DNA of 64,000 bases from Candidatus Bathyarchaeota archaeon (GCA_963717465.1 OY970340.1:2976001-3040000), one strand, 5' to 3'. Positions 21,353 through 32,359 are shown, counted from the stretch's first letter. Translations and numbers: made by a program. The notes: generated from the letters alone by a model not told the origin.

Positions 21353-21877
21353 TTAGACTATGTAGCTTCCTGTTTTTTCAAAATCTCTTACAATTTCCAT
21401 GATTCTTTTTGGTGCATTGGTTTGTCCGAGAGGAATGTCTTTGAGCAGAATCCAGGGAGACTTGCGTGCGAGGTCTGTTGCTACGTGCTCTTCTCCGAAG
21501 CATTTTGTTGCAATTTCGATAACCATCTGCCTTACCTTAATTTCTGACAATTGACCTAATGCGTGGAGATATTCGTGTATTAGAAGATTGTAGACAAGTG
21601 CATTTACAGTTGATTTAGATTTCATAGAAGCTTCTACAAGATCCACTAAAGCTCTGTTTAATACTATGTTGTTTGTTCCAACGGGATAATAAGCACCCAA
21701 CTGTAAGGGTAAGTCATCTAAGAATAGCATAAGATTTCCGCCGCCTTTCTTGCCCAAAGAAAACGCTACAGTGTCTTTAACAATTTGCCAAACTTCAGCG
21801 TAACTTTTAGCATTATCCAAACTTTTGCGGAACCGTTCGGTCTGCGAATCAAGGGCGCTCAAAACATCAACTTCCAT
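21353..21877 (-). CDS. Hypothetical zincin-like protein
   Basis: LGAYY and HEYLHALG (HExxH) motifs. Confidence 0.75.
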   Translation of the reverse strand: MEVDVLSALDSQTERFRKSLDNAKSYAEVWQIVKDTVAFSLGKKGGGNLMLFLDDLPLQLGAYYPVGTNNIVLNRALVDLVEASMKSKSTVNALVYNLLIHEYLHALGQLSEIKVRQMVIEIATKCFGEEHVATDLARKSPWILLKDIPLGQTNAPKRIMEIVRDFEKTGSYIV

Positions 21878-21960
21878 TAAAGAAAAAAGCTAAAACATGC
21901 CTTTAAGGCTTAGCAAAATATTGATAAATAACAAAACCTTTGGTTTATTTGAGTTCTTAG

Positions 21961-22404
21961 GTGTTTATTTTGGAAAGCAACATTTTAGTTAGAGATGTTA
22001 TGACAAGAAACGTTAAAGTTGTAAGAGAAGACACAACTCTACACGAAATCGTAGCAACAATGAGCAAATTTGACATCGATGCTGTGATTGTCTTAGAAGG
22101 CAAAAAACCAACGGGGATAATAACGACAAAAGATGCGTTGATAAGGGGATTTGAACATGGTTTGCCCCTCGGTTCTCTAACAGCGAAAAATGTTTTCTCA
22201 AGCCCTTTAAAAACGGTTGATGAGCAAGAAACAATTGAAGAGGCTGCTGAGAAGATGAGGCAGGCAAAAATAAAGCACTTACCAGTGACCAATAAGGGCA
22301 GACTTGTAGGCATGCTGACAGATTGGGACATAGTTTTTGCAGTTCCATCAATGTTATCGGCTATGGAAGAAGTTTGCCGCCCCGCAAAGAAAATACAAGT
22401 TTAA
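21961..22404 (+). CDS. CBS domain pair protein
   Basis: VRDVMT, GIITTKD, KHLPV and GMLTDWD CBS patterns. Confidence 0.93.
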   Translation: MFILESNILVRDVMTRNVKVVREDTTLHEIVATMSKFDIDAVIVLEGKKPTGIITTKDALIRGFEHGLPLGSLTAKNVFSSPLKTVDEQETIEEAAEKMRQAKIKHLPVTNKGRLVGMLTDWDIVFAVPSMLSAMEEVCRPAKKIQV

Positions 22405-22534
22405 TTCGCCCACTTTCAATACATGATTAATTTGTGCTAAATGGTACATTAACTACAATTTTTGTTATAGAGAAGTCACAATATTTAATAATAGTCCTCG
22501 GAACTAGTTTTAATATTCAAAGAGCGAATACAAA

Positions 22535-22726
22535 ATGATAAACGACTCCAAAGCCAAGTGCCCTGACTGCGATTCGGAACTAAAAGTTCCATTCGACGTT
22601 GAAAAAGGGGAGATATTAAGCTGCCCAAGTTGCGGCCTTGAGCTCGAAGTTAAAAAAATAGATCATGGAGGTGAATACATAGATCTTCAAGCGTTAACAA
22701 TTAATGGTGAAGATTGGGGCGAATAA
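22535..22726 (+). CDS. lysW: LysW/ArgW amino-group carrier protein
   Basis: CPDC...CPSCG zinc ribbon and C-terminal EDWGE. Confidence 0.93.
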   Translation: MINDSKAKCPDCDSELKVPFDVEKGEILSCPSCGLELEVKKIDHGGEYIDLQALTINGEDWGE

Positions 22727-22809
22727 GGTTTTAATGACCACAATTTTTTTGTTTTCAAAATAGACTTTTAGAAGATGTTGTTGGCAAAATCAAAGCCAAC
22801 CAACAACTA

Positions 22810-24447
22810 TTAGACGATTAATGAGTTTAGAAGCTTAGGTTTTCCGAGTTTCTTGTTTACGCATGCTTGAATAAAACCTAAGTATTCAGGGGAAGGCTTT
22901 CCAGGACGACTTTTGAATTCACCGTGGAACTGGGAAGCAAAAAAGAAGTATTTGTCTGGTAACTCTAGAGTTTCCATTCTCCTGCCATCAGTGCTCTTAC
23001 CTGAAAAAACTAGTCCGTTCTTTTGGAGAACATCCAAATAATCCAAATTAACCTCGAATCTGTGGCGGTGCCGTTCGTAGATTTCTTCTTGCTGGTACAT
23101 GCTGTAGGCTAAGGTGTTTTTTTGAAGGACCACTTTATGGGAGCCTAAACGCATCGTGGCACCCTTATTCGCTACACCTTGCTGCTCAGGCATTAAATCA
23201 ATTACCATATGTGAAGAATCTGGGTTAATTTCCGAGCTGTTAGCATCGCTAAATCCGCATACGTTTCGAGTAAATTCGATGACTGCTAATTGAAAACCGT
23301 AGCAAATGCCCAGAAAAGGAATATCGTTAACTCTGGCAAAATTTACTGCAGCGATTTTTCCTTCTGTGCCCCTTGGGCCAAAACCGTAAGGAACAAACAC
23401 GCCGTCAAAATTTGCAAGGTCCTTGATGCATTGTGGATTCTGCTCTAACTTTTCTGCTTCTAGGTAAGATATGCAAACTTTGGTTTTGCATGCTGCTCCT
23501 GCATGCCTTAATGCTTCAGTCATGCTTACATAGCTGTCAGTTAACCCCGCGTACTTGCCTACTAAAGCGATTTTGACTTCATGCTCAGGATGAATACTTG
23601 CATCAACGAATGTTTGCCATTGGCTGATGTCAGGTGTTTGACAGTTGATATTTAATCTTTGGCAAATAAAGTCGCCCATGCCTTGTTTATCAAGGATAAG
23701 CGGGACTTGATAAACGGATTCAGCGTTGTATGAACAGAAAACTGCGCTTTCAGGTATGGTGCCAAATAATGCTATTTTCCGTAAGGCTTCAGCGTCAATC
23801 ATTTTTGGGCTTCTAGCAACAATGATGTCGGGCTGAATTCCTATTCCTCGAAGTTCATTAACGCTGTGCTGTAAGGGTTTGGTTTTCAATTCGCCAGTTA
23901 CGTCTAAAACTGGAACTAATGCAACATGAACGTAAAGCGTGTTTTCATAACCCTCGTCGATACGCATTTGACGTATAGCTTCTAGAAAAGGCAGTCCTTC
24001 TATGTCCCCAACTGTTCCTCCAACTTCAGTTAGAACGACATCAACAGTAGATGCCTTACCAATATCCTTTATTCGATTCTTAATTTCGTTAGTAACATGG
24101 GGAACAATCTGTACACAGCGACCAAGAAAGTCTCCTCGGCGTTCTTTTGCAATAATCGAATTATAGATAAGCCCTGTGGTTAAATTGTTTTCTTGCTTGA
24201 GGGGTAAATTTAAGAAGCGCTCATACCATCCTAAATCTAAATCTGTTTCTCCACCATCATCGGTTACGAAAACTTCGCCGTGCATGTAAGGATTCATGGT
24301 TCCAGCATCAACATTAACGTAAGGATCAATTTTCACGACTGTAGGTTTTACTGCTCGGAACTGAAGCATTTTACCTATTGACGAAGTTAATATGCCTTTG
24401 CCGACTGAACTTAATACCCCTCCAGTCACAAAGATATATTTTACCAA
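22810..24447 (-). CDS. pyrG: CTP synthase
   Basis: VTGGVLSSVGKG, GTVGDIE, KTKPLQHSV, GICYG, RHRHRFE and QFHGEF motifs. Confidence 0.98.
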   Translation of the reverse strand: MVKYIFVTGGVLSSVGKGILTSSIGKMLQFRAVKPTVVKIDPYVNVDAGTMNPYMHGEVFVTDDGGETDLDLGWYERFLNLPLKQENNLTTGLIYNSIIAKERRGDFLGRCVQIVPHVTNEIKNRIKDIGKASTVDVVLTEVGGTVGDIEGLPFLEAIRQMRIDEGYENTLYVHVALVPVLDVTGELKTKPLQHSVNELRGIGIQPDIIVARSPKMIDAEALRKIALFGTIPESAVFCSYNAESVYQVPLILDKQGMGDFICQRLNINCQTPDISQWQTFVDASIHPEHEVKIALVGKYAGLTDSYVSMTEALRHAGAACKTKVCISYLEAEKLEQNPQCIKDLANFDGVFVPYGFGPRGTEGKIAAVNFARVNDIPFLGICYGFQLAVIEFTRNVCGFSDANSSEINPDSSHMVIDLMPEQQGVANKGATMRLGSHKVVLQKNTLAYSMYQQEEIYERHRHRFEVNLDYLDVLQKNGLVFSGKSTDGRRMETLELPDKYFFFASQFHGEFKSRPGKPSPEYLGFIQACVNKKLGKPKLLNSLIV

Positions 24448-24587
24448 CCATTTCTACCCCCATAATAAACTACATCTTGCGATGTGACTTAATATAACTC
24501 TTTTGTGTGCAGCTATGAAAAAATGTGCAATCAATCATCATGAGGCTTAGATGGTTAAACACTTAACGTGAAAGCGATTGCCCAAGC

Positions 24588-24905
24588 CTAGTATCTGCGG
24601 CTGCGCGTTACTGCTCGCAGGATAAGCCAAAGACCAATCAAAACCAGAATTAACGGCCAAAAATAAACAAACAGAGCAGTTATGCCAACAAGAAGGAGCA
24701 AGCCGATGATTATGACTATTAACCCAAAGAATATGAGCCCAAGGCGGCTGCCTCTTCTGCGGTAATAGTTAGATGAATCATGGTAGGGGTGATTGTGCCT
24801 GTAATAAGACATTTCAGATTTTACTGAGGGCAATGGTGCTCCACACTTAGAACATACGATAGATTCATCAGAATTTTTTGCACCGCATCTTGTACAAAAG
24901 GGCAT
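24588..24905 (-). CDS. Zinc-ribbon domain membrane protein
   Basis: MPFCTRCG...CSKCGAPL plus two C-terminal TM helices. Confidence 0.85.
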   Translation of the reverse strand: MPFCTRCGAKNSDESIVCSKCGAPLPSVKSEMSYYRHNHPYHDSSNYYRRRGSRLGLIFFGLIVIIIGLLLLVGITALFVYFWPLILVLIGLWLILRAVTRSRRY

Positions 24906-25066
24906 TTACTTTCTTTAAAGTCTATGATTTAGTTTACTCATAAAATTTTTGGTTGAGGATTATTTTTTTGGCAAGAATAATTAAAAGCATGCTGATTCAT
25001 TGAACAAGTTGGCAGTCTAAGGCAAAAAATTTTAATTTATCGTATTCCAGTATAATCAAGATTAAA

Positions 25067-25300
25067 TTGCCTAAAGCATATGTATTAATTAATGTGGAGT
25101 CAGGTTCGGAAGATAAGGTTATCAGCCAACTAAAATCACTGGAAGGAATAAAGGAAGCCTACTTTTCTTACGGAGTTTACGATATAATTACCAAAGTTGA
25201 AGCCGATTCGATGGAGAAGCTTAAAGACATGGTAACCCGCAAGATTAGAAGCCTAAATAGTGTTCGGTCAACATTAACTTTGATACTAACAGAAGAATAA
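25067..25300 (+). CDS. Lrp/AsnC ligand-binding (RAM) domain protein
   Basis: KAYVLINVESG, YGVYDII, IRSL..VRSTLTL; no HTH. Confidence 0.9.
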   Translation: MPKAYVLINVESGSEDKVISQLKSLEGIKEAYFSYGVYDIITKVEADSMEKLKDMVTRKIRSLNSVRSTLTLILTEE

Positions 25301-25359
25301 ACTCAACTGCACATCTTCTTCAGCTTGATGATTCGCTTTTCCGTCTTAGTCTTCAAGAA

Positions 25360-26728
25360 TTACTCTGGTTCGATATGAACTGTAACAACTGCGCCTGAGA
25401 AGTGCTCTTTGACTTCCTTTTCAATTTGGGAAGCAAGCTTATGCGCTTCAGTTATCTTTACTTGTTTTGTGAAAGAGCAGTCTAAGTTAATGAAGCGTTT
25501 GCTATCAGCTGCGTATGTTACTATCCGTTTCACATGAAGGTCACCAGGCATTTCTTTAACAACATCATTAACTACCATTCTAAGCTGAAGTTCATCGAAT
25601 TCTGCGCCCTTAACAGGCGTCCCATACGGCTCCATGTGGACAGTTACGTTTTCAAGCGGTTTAATTTCTGCATGCATTCGACTTTCAATTTTCTCTGCGA
25701 TTTTATGTGTTTCTTCAACAGAAAGTCTTGGATCGACATAAGCATGTAGAGTAATGTATAATTTGCCGCACGTGTAAATTATCGAGATTTCATGCACTTC
25801 TTTGACGTCTTCAACTGACGCAAGTTTCTTTACAAGTGCTTCCATTTTTGTTGCCTTGTCTGACGGTTCAATGTGAATGGTCGGTTCAACATTTCCAAAA
25901 GTCTTTTTTAAGTTAGTTTCAATTTTTGAAGCTAATTCGTGGGCTTCTTCTAAACTCATTAAGTTTGAAACATGAATTGTAGCCTCCACAAAAATTTTTG
26001 AGACTCACTTTCCGAGCCTTCAAGTTATCTGCTGCTACAACACCCTCTTGATCGCAAATATTTTTTGTTAATTTTTGAATTAGCTCTTTTGAAGCAGTAT
26101 CGCTTAACTCCATTACGCATGTTCTCATAAGCCTATAGCTTAAGTAAATAAGCATTACACCCAGAAAAATTGATGCATAAGCGTCACTATTGTAAAAGCC
26201 TAAAGTAGCTAAACCGAAACCAGCCAGTGCAATTATTGTTGAGCCAAAATCGGAAAGGGCATTGTAAAATCCCGCTTTTATGGAAGTACTTTCAATCTGG
26301 TTGGCCTTTCTGAAAATAGTAAGTCGAACAATGTCTATGAATAAAGTGTAGCCAATAGCGACGAATCCTGCGAACTCTATGCTCTGTTTAAAAGGAGCAG
26401 GCACAATTAATCTACTCCCTGCCTCATAGAATATCAACAAAGCTAAAACGATGAAAATTACTCCGGCGATCAATCCGCCTATGGCTTCAAACTTTTCATG
26501 ACCGTAAGTGTGTTCTTCATCTGGCGGTTTCATGGAGGCACTTGTGGCAAAAAACAACAAGACGGTTGATACAACGTCTACGGTCGCGTGCAAACCATCG
26601 CTTAAAATGGCTAAACTGCCAACGACATAACCTATAGTGATTTCCACAATCATAACGCTGGCGAGGGTCACAGAACCCCATTTTAGGGCACTAAGTTTAT
26701 ACGAATCTTGTGAACTGCTTTGCATCAC
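25360..26728 (-). CDS. Cation diffusion facilitator with multiple C-terminal dimerization domains (frameshifted near 26003)
   Basis: SLAILSDGLH and PPDEEHTYGHEKFE in ORF 25919-26728; repeated EAHxxA...HIEP domains in ORF 25360-25989; removing one base joins them (KARKVSSKIFVEATIHV). Confidence 0.88.
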
Positions 26729-26912
26729 GCAATCAGAAGAATATGCTTAGTTGAGGGCGATTTAAGAGTTGTGGGGATCAAGAAAAACCATTTTTGATTT
26801 GCGTTATACATCTGAAATGTTCGTTTTTGTTAAGCGAAATTCAAAAATTTAGCTTTAAATAGATAGGCATTTAGGGTTGAATTTATTATTTAGAGGAAAC
26901 GGTTGATGGGTC

Positions 26913-28197
26913 ATGGCTTTGGTAAAGATACGGGAAATCTTAGATGGCTTGCATTCGGACCAGAAGGTAGCTGTTAGAGGTTGGGTTTATAGAAAACGAG
27001 AAGGAAAAGAACTCATATTCCTAGTAATCCGTGATTCAACAGGCGTAATACAATGCACCGTGAAAAAGGGAAGCCCATGCTGGAACCAAGCGGAAAAATT
27101 AACGATTGAATCAGCCCTTACGCTTGAAGGCATAGCAAAACAGGATAAACGTGCTCCAGGCGGTTACGAAATAACAGCGGAAAACATTACAATTATAGGT
27201 TTAGCTGAAGTTTTTCCCATTTCCAAAGACAAAAGCGAGGAGTTCATTCGTGACATGCGTCACCTTTGGCTGCGAAGCCGCAAAATGAACCTGGTAATGA
27301 AGGTTCGTGCAAAAGTTTTAGATGCTGCCCGCGAATACTTTGAAAAACAAAAATTCACTGAAATTTCTCCACCCATGTTCATCTCCGCTGCAGTGGAGGG
27401 TGGTTCAACTCTTTTCGGCTTGAAAGTATTTTGATCAAGATTTGTATTTAACTCAGAGTTCACAATTGTATCTTGAAATACTGATATTTTCTTTGGAGAA
27501 AGTTTACTGTATTGCTCCTTCTTTTCGGGCTGAGAAAAGCAGGACGATTAGACATCTAACTGAGTATTGGCACATTGAAGGAGAATGGCCTTTTGCTGAT
27601 ATGAATGACATAATGGTTTTTGAAGAAGGCTTAATGACGTATATTTGCCAGATCATCAGCGAGAAATGTAAAACTGAGTTTGCAGAGCTAGGAGCAGACA
27701 TATCAAAGTTAGCAGCAGTTAAAGCGCCGTTTCCAAGAATAACTTACAAAGAAGCCATTGAGCGTCTTCAAACTAAAAATCCAACTTTGAAGTGGGGGGT
27801 TGATTTAGGTTATGAAGACGAAAAAGTTCTAGCTGAGGATTTCGGAAAGCCCTTCTTTGTCTATGATTATCCAACTGAGATTAAAGCGTTTTATTGCAAG
27901 ACATACAGTGAAAACCCAAAAGTAGCAATGTCCGTGGACATGATGGTTCCTCGAATAGGAGAAATATCCACAGGCGGCGCAAGAGAAGAAGACAAAAACA
28001 TTCTCATTCAACGCATGAAAGAGCAGGGCCTAAAACCTGAAGATTACGAATGGTACCTTGACCTTAGACGTTACGGAACTGTACCGCACGTTGGCTTTGG
28101 AATGGGCTTAGAGAGACTGCTAACTTGGATGCTTGACTTAGACAACATAATCGATGCCATCCCGTTCCCAAGGACTACAAGAAGATTCTATCCATAA
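26913..28197 (+). CDS. asnS: Asparagine--tRNA ligase (frameshifted near 27424)
   Basis: RGWVYRKR OB fold, RHLWLRS, YLTQSSQLYLE, FRAEKSRTIRHLTEYW, YLDLRRYGTVPH; an extra A in TTGAAAGTAT splits it into two ORFs. Confidence 0.93.
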
Positions 28198-28294
28198 AAA
28201 AAGCCAAAAATGACCAATTAAAGTCGCCAACTTCAATTGATTGGCAATATCCATTTTCAATTAGTGCAACGTTTCAGCGGCAATTCTTTCGGGT

Positions 28295-29725
28295 TTATAC
28301 TGCTTTGCGGAGGTCATCTCTAATGTCGTTAACTCTCATCAAATTCGAGAGGAACACGTTTCTCCTGTAAGAACTCTTCAGAGTTCTCGACAATTCTTTC
28401 ATTAGGTAAGATGGACGCTTAACATGTTCAAAAAAAGCGTTATGCATCATCTTCTTGATTTCAGGAACAGGTACGGCTGTCGGGCAAACTTCTGAAACGG
28501 CTACGCCTGTTTCCCAGTTTTCTTCAACGTTTAACGATCCCTTCGCTACCAACTCATTCCAAATTTCATTTCCGGGATGGGCTACTAAAATGCTAAACTG
28601 AGGCAAGTCGATGGGAATGTCTCTGGCAAAGTTAATGGTGTTTTGGATTTCTTCTCTGGATTCGTCTGGTGCACCCATTATGAATGAGCCGATTATTATG
28701 TCGGTACCTGCCTTTCGAGCAGTTTTTACTGCGTTTTTGGATTTTTCAGGAGTAATGGATTTGTTGTAATAATTTAGGAGCCGCTGATTTGCGTTTTCAA
28801 TGCCAAAGTATAGTATTTTTAGACCAGCTTTATTCATTTCATTGAACAATTCATGGGAACAGTTGTCAACTCTGCCCTCGCAGATCCATTCTATATCCAA
28901 TTTTTCTTTTTTGATTGCCTTGCAAATTTCAATTGCTCTTTTCGGGTTTAACGTGAAACTGTCATCTACGAATATTATTTGTTTATAACCTTGACTCTCT
29001 AAAAGAGAGAGCTCTTCAACGGTGCTTTTAACTGACCGCGGCCTCCAATTATTTCTAGCAAGCTTGGTACAATTGCAGAATCTGCAATGGTAAACGCAAC
29101 CGCGACTGGTAACAATTCCCGTAAATTTCTTGGGCGCCACATTTGCTCCGCCTATTAGACAGTGATATTCAATGTCAAGTAAACTGCGATCCGGAAAAGG
29201 TAAAGAATCCAAATCCTGAATCAACGCTTGATCAGGAGTGGAAACAAGACTTTGATTTTTCCTAAAAGTAATTCCTCTAACGCTGGCAAAGTCGCCATTC
29301 TTAGTCATGCATTCTGCAAGTTCGATTATTGTTTTTTCTCCTTCTCCACGAACGACGACGTCTACACTCGGATACTTTTCCAAAATGCGTTCAGCATTAA
29401 ATGTGGCATAATGATTGCCGAAAAGAACTTTTATGTTTGGATTAATCGTTTTTACTTTTTCACTGATTAATGCTGCAGTTATGCCTGAAGACGCAAGCGT
29501 TGAAAAACCTAATACATCTGGGTTTTCATTCAGTATCCAATTCACGGTTTCGTCTATCGTTAGGCCTTGTCCAGGCTGATCTAGCACTGAAGCTTCAAAA
29601 CCATTATCTTCGAGCACAGCAGCCAAATATAAAAGTCCTAAAGGGGGAAATGCAGCGATAGACTTGTTTTTTTCGCGTTCTTCCAGACACTCATTTGGAC
29701 TGGCACTGACGAGACAGAATTTCAT
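28295..29725 (-). CDS. Cobalamin-binding radical SAM protein
   Basis: PPLGLLYLAAVL B12-binding N-terminus, RGEGE, TSRGCVYHCRFC, FVDDSF. Confidence 0.93.
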   Translation of the reverse strand: MKFCLVSASPNECLEEREKNKSIAAFPPLGLLYLAAVLEDNGFEASVLDQPGQGLTIDETVNWILNENPDVLGFSTLASSGITAALISEKVKTINPNIKVLFGNHYATFNAERILEKYPSVDVVVRGEGEKTIIELAECMTKNGDFASVRGITFRKNQSLVSTPDQALIQDLDSLPFPDRSLLDIEYHCLIGGANVAPKKFTGIVTSRGCVYHCRFCNCTKLARNNWRPRSVKSTVEELSLLESQGYKQIIFVDDSFTLNPKRAIEICKAIKKEKLDIEWICEGRVDNCSHELFNEMNKAGLKILYFGIENANQRLLNYYNKSITPEKSKNAVKTARKAGTDIIIGSFIMGAPDESREEIQNTINFARDIPIDLPQFSILVAHPGNEIWNELVAKGSLNVEENWETGVAVSEVCPTAVPVPEIKKMMHNAFFEHVKRPSYLMKELSRTLKSSYRRNVFLSNLMRVNDIRDDLRKAV

Positions 29726-29862
29726 CTTAGCATCATTTAACTAGTAACTGTTAACAGAATTTAAATATTAGTATGCAAAAAGCAAGATGCACAAAAAACT
29801 AATCTAAAACTTGATTCATAAGAAGCAATTTAGGGCTTAAAATATAGTCATTCGATATACCT

Positions 29863-30417
29863 TCACTGAAAGGTAGTTTGCTCAATAAATAGTCTTAAAA
29901 TATCAGGGTTTCTCACTTCAGGATGAAAAAGAACACCAAATACCTGTTTTTCCTTATGCTTGATCGCTTGAACACATTTAACTGATTTTGCTAAGACGTC
30001 AAAATCTGTTATTTCTTCTATGCAGTAGCCGTGAAGAGAGTATGCTTCGAACTCTTTTTTAAAAAGCGGATTTTCTTTGAGGGTTGATATTCGAGTCATG
30101 CCTATTTCTAGGCAACGAGTTAAACGGCATCCATAAACCAAACCGATTGTCTGCATTCCTGCGCATATGCCCAAGATTGGCTTGCTGATTTCCTTTAGCC
30201 AAATAAATTTTTCTGGATGAGTTAAAGTCGTTGTATCTTTAAGCGGTGTTCCAGAAAGAATAATTTTATCACTTCTGGATAGGTCTTGGCTTGTTGCTTC
30301 AAGATAATGCTTTACTGAGAAATCATCCAGCGGCTTAACGATTGATATTATTGGTGTGACAAATTCGTCAAAAGCTAAGGAGTTTTTTTTCCAGTTCATG
30401 TCAATAATCAATATCAT
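29863..30417 (-). CDS. Class I glutamine amidotransferase (GuaA-A/TrpG-like)
   Basis: ILSG, PILGICAGMQ (catalytic Cys) and FHPEV (His-Glu). Confidence 0.92.
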   Translation of the reverse strand: MILIIDMNWKKNSLAFDEFVTPIISIVKPLDDFSVKHYLEATSQDLSRSDKIILSGTPLKDTTTLTHPEKFIWLKEISKPILGICAGMQTIGLVYGCRLTRCLEIGMTRISTLKENPLFKKEFEAYSLHGYCIEEITDFDVLAKSVKCVQAIKHKEKQVFGVLFHPEVRNPDILRLFIEQTTFQ

Positions 30418-31094
30418 TTGGGAACCAACCGAGCTTGTTTAACTATAAAAACTCCAGAATTTCCCCTTGATTCAACCGTGTAATCTATGACCTGTATTTT
30501 TTGTTTAAACAAAGGTGCATCCAAAACTGTTGTCTCAATCTCTCCACCTTCCCCTGATGGACTGATGTCAAAATCTTCTTGCAGCTTAACCAGTCTTGCT
30601 ATCACTTGAGTATCTATTTCTTTTCCAAGCCACTTTTCATCAAGCGGGTAAGCGAATATGCCAGAAATCATAACTTTGAATTGCTTCGCCACAAGAGTTT
30701 CCAGTAACGCTTTTTGGTCGTGTTTCCATAAAGGGTTAAAACACCACACATTCAATCGGTTGCAGACGCGTTGAATGCGTTGTGCTTGATAAACAGATTC
30801 TACGGCGCCAGTAACAATTCCTTCGATTTTAAAATCCATAATTGCCTGGTCAATCGCTTTCTCTAAATCTGTCAGTTCTTCCTCCTTTACGCCTTCAGTG
30901 ACCACTGAGACTAAGGGAAGACGCAAGGCTTCTGCTTGAAGCGATGTTAAATTGATGTTTGGGGTGTGAAACATGAAGCTTTCTTTATTTCTTGAAATTA
31001 CAGTAATCAGGCATTCAACTTCCTCTTTTGCCGCAGCTAAGTGTAGCGCAAGTGTTGAGTCTTTGCCTCCTGAGAAAAGAACACCCAATTTCAT
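30414..31094 (-). CDS. dph6: Diphthine--ammonia ligase (DUF71)
   Basis: LFSGGKDS PP-loop, SFMFH, NPLW and GEGGEIET motifs. Confidence 0.93.
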   Translation of the reverse strand: MKLGVLFSGGKDSTLALHLAAAKEEVECLITVISRNKESFMFHTPNINLTSLQAEALRLPLVSVVTEGVKEEELTDLEKAIDQAIMDFKIEGIVTGAVESVYQAQRIQRVCNRLNVWCFNPLWKHDQKALLETLVAKQFKVMISGIFAYPLDEKWLGKEIDTQVIARLVKLQEDFDISPSGEGGEIETTVLDAPLFKQKIQVIDYTVESRGNSGVFIVKQARLVPK

Positions 31095-31174
31095 ACGTTA
31101 AAATTAAAAAGAAGTTGTTTATATGTTACATGTTAAAAAAGCAGGCAACAATGCAATTTTATCTATGCATATAC

Positions 31175-32359
31175 TCAGACTTTGACGCTGCAGACATTTT
31201 TTATTTCTTTGAGTTTTTTGATCGTTTCAAGATTGACTTTTTGATGCAGCACGTAAACGGATATTGCAAAGTCGCCATTTCCAATCTGCCTTGAATAGTT
31301 TGATCTTATGTTTATGTCGCTGTCAGCTAAAACCTTGTCAATGTTAGCGAAGACGCCTGGAACATCCCGATGATGAATGAACAATGTGTAAACAGGTTTT
31401 TCTTCCAACTCTATGCTTTCTCCAGCATTCACCGCGTTAGTAAAGTCTCCGCCTAAAAGATAGGCAGAAATAACACGAGCCATTTCAGTAGCAGTTTCTC
31501 TTTGAGCCTCAATCGTTGAAGCACCAAGGTGACTGCTGAAAACTACCTTGTCAAGCTCCAAGAGTTTATTTTTGAATTCAGCACCCTCAGCTTTAGGCTC
31601 TTCAGAAAAAACGTCAAGGGCGGCTCCAGCAATTTTTCCTTCTTTCAGAGCATCATATAACGCTTGTTCATCTACGTTGCTGCCTCTTGAAGTATTAATC
31701 AAGTACGCAGTCGGCTTCATCAACGCTAATTCTTTTGCGCCAATTACAACGTCTTTTCCGCCTGTGTGAATAGTTATGAAATCAGCCTTTGCAAGAAGTT
31801 CTTCTTTTGCAACCATTTTTATGTTGGTTTCAACGGGTGGCTTTATATCGTAACCAAGAACTTCCATGTCAAAACCGCGTTTTGCGATTTCAGCCACTTT
31901 TTGACCAATTCTTCCACAGCCTAAAATACCAATTGTCTTTAAGGAAAGCTCAGTTCCCTTTAATTTGTCTTTTTTCCATACTTTGTTTTTTAGCGATTGA
32001 TGTGCTTGGGGAGTATTTCGCGAAATACTTAACATTAAACCAAGAGTTAACTCGGCAACGGCTCTAGTGCTTCCATACGGAGCAGATTTAACGACAATAC
32101 CGAATTCTGAGGCAGATGCCACATCAATGTTATCAAATCCAACACCTGCGCGTCCGATAATTTTGAGTTTTCCTTTTGCGCCTGCTTCAATAACCTCCCG
32201 GGTTACTTTTGTTGCGCTTCTAACAATTATTGCGTCAAATTGCCCAGCATCGGCGATAAGCTTGTTCAAATCCCTTTTTTGAGTGTCGGTTTCTATACCT
32301 GCCGAATTAAGGATTTGCAAGCCTTCTTTTTCTAAACCATCATTTAATAGTGCCTTCAT
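31175..32359 (-). CDS. serA: D-3-phosphoglycerate dehydrogenase with ACT domain
   Basis: VRSATKV, RAGVGFDNID, GCGRIG, INTSRG, HLGAST.EAQ and C-terminal HRDVPGV ACT domain. Confidence 0.92.
   Translation of the reverse strand: MKALLNDGLEKEGLQILNSAGIETDTQKRDLNKLIADAGQFDAIIVRSATKVTREVIEAGAKGKLKIIGRAGVGFDNIDVASASEFGIVVKSAPYGSTRAVAELTLGLMLSISRNTPQAHQSLKNKVWKKDKLKGTELSLKTIGILGCGRIGQKVAEIAKRGFDMEVLGYDIKPPVETNIKMVAKEELLAKADFITIHTGGKDVVIGAKELALMKPTAYLINTSRGSNVDEQALYDALKEGKIAGAALDVFSEEPKAEGAEFKNKLLELDKVVFSSHLGASTIEAQRETATEMARVISAYLLGGDFTNAVNAGESIELEEKPVYTLFIHHRDVPGVFANIDKVLADSDINIRSNYSRQIGNGDFAISVYVLHQKVNLETIKKLKEIKNVCSVKV

Noticed and set aside
26913..28197. asnS as a naturally split or pseudogenised gene
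   Set aside because: One extra A in a short run fully explains the split, all motifs are intact, and the same error type recurs nearby
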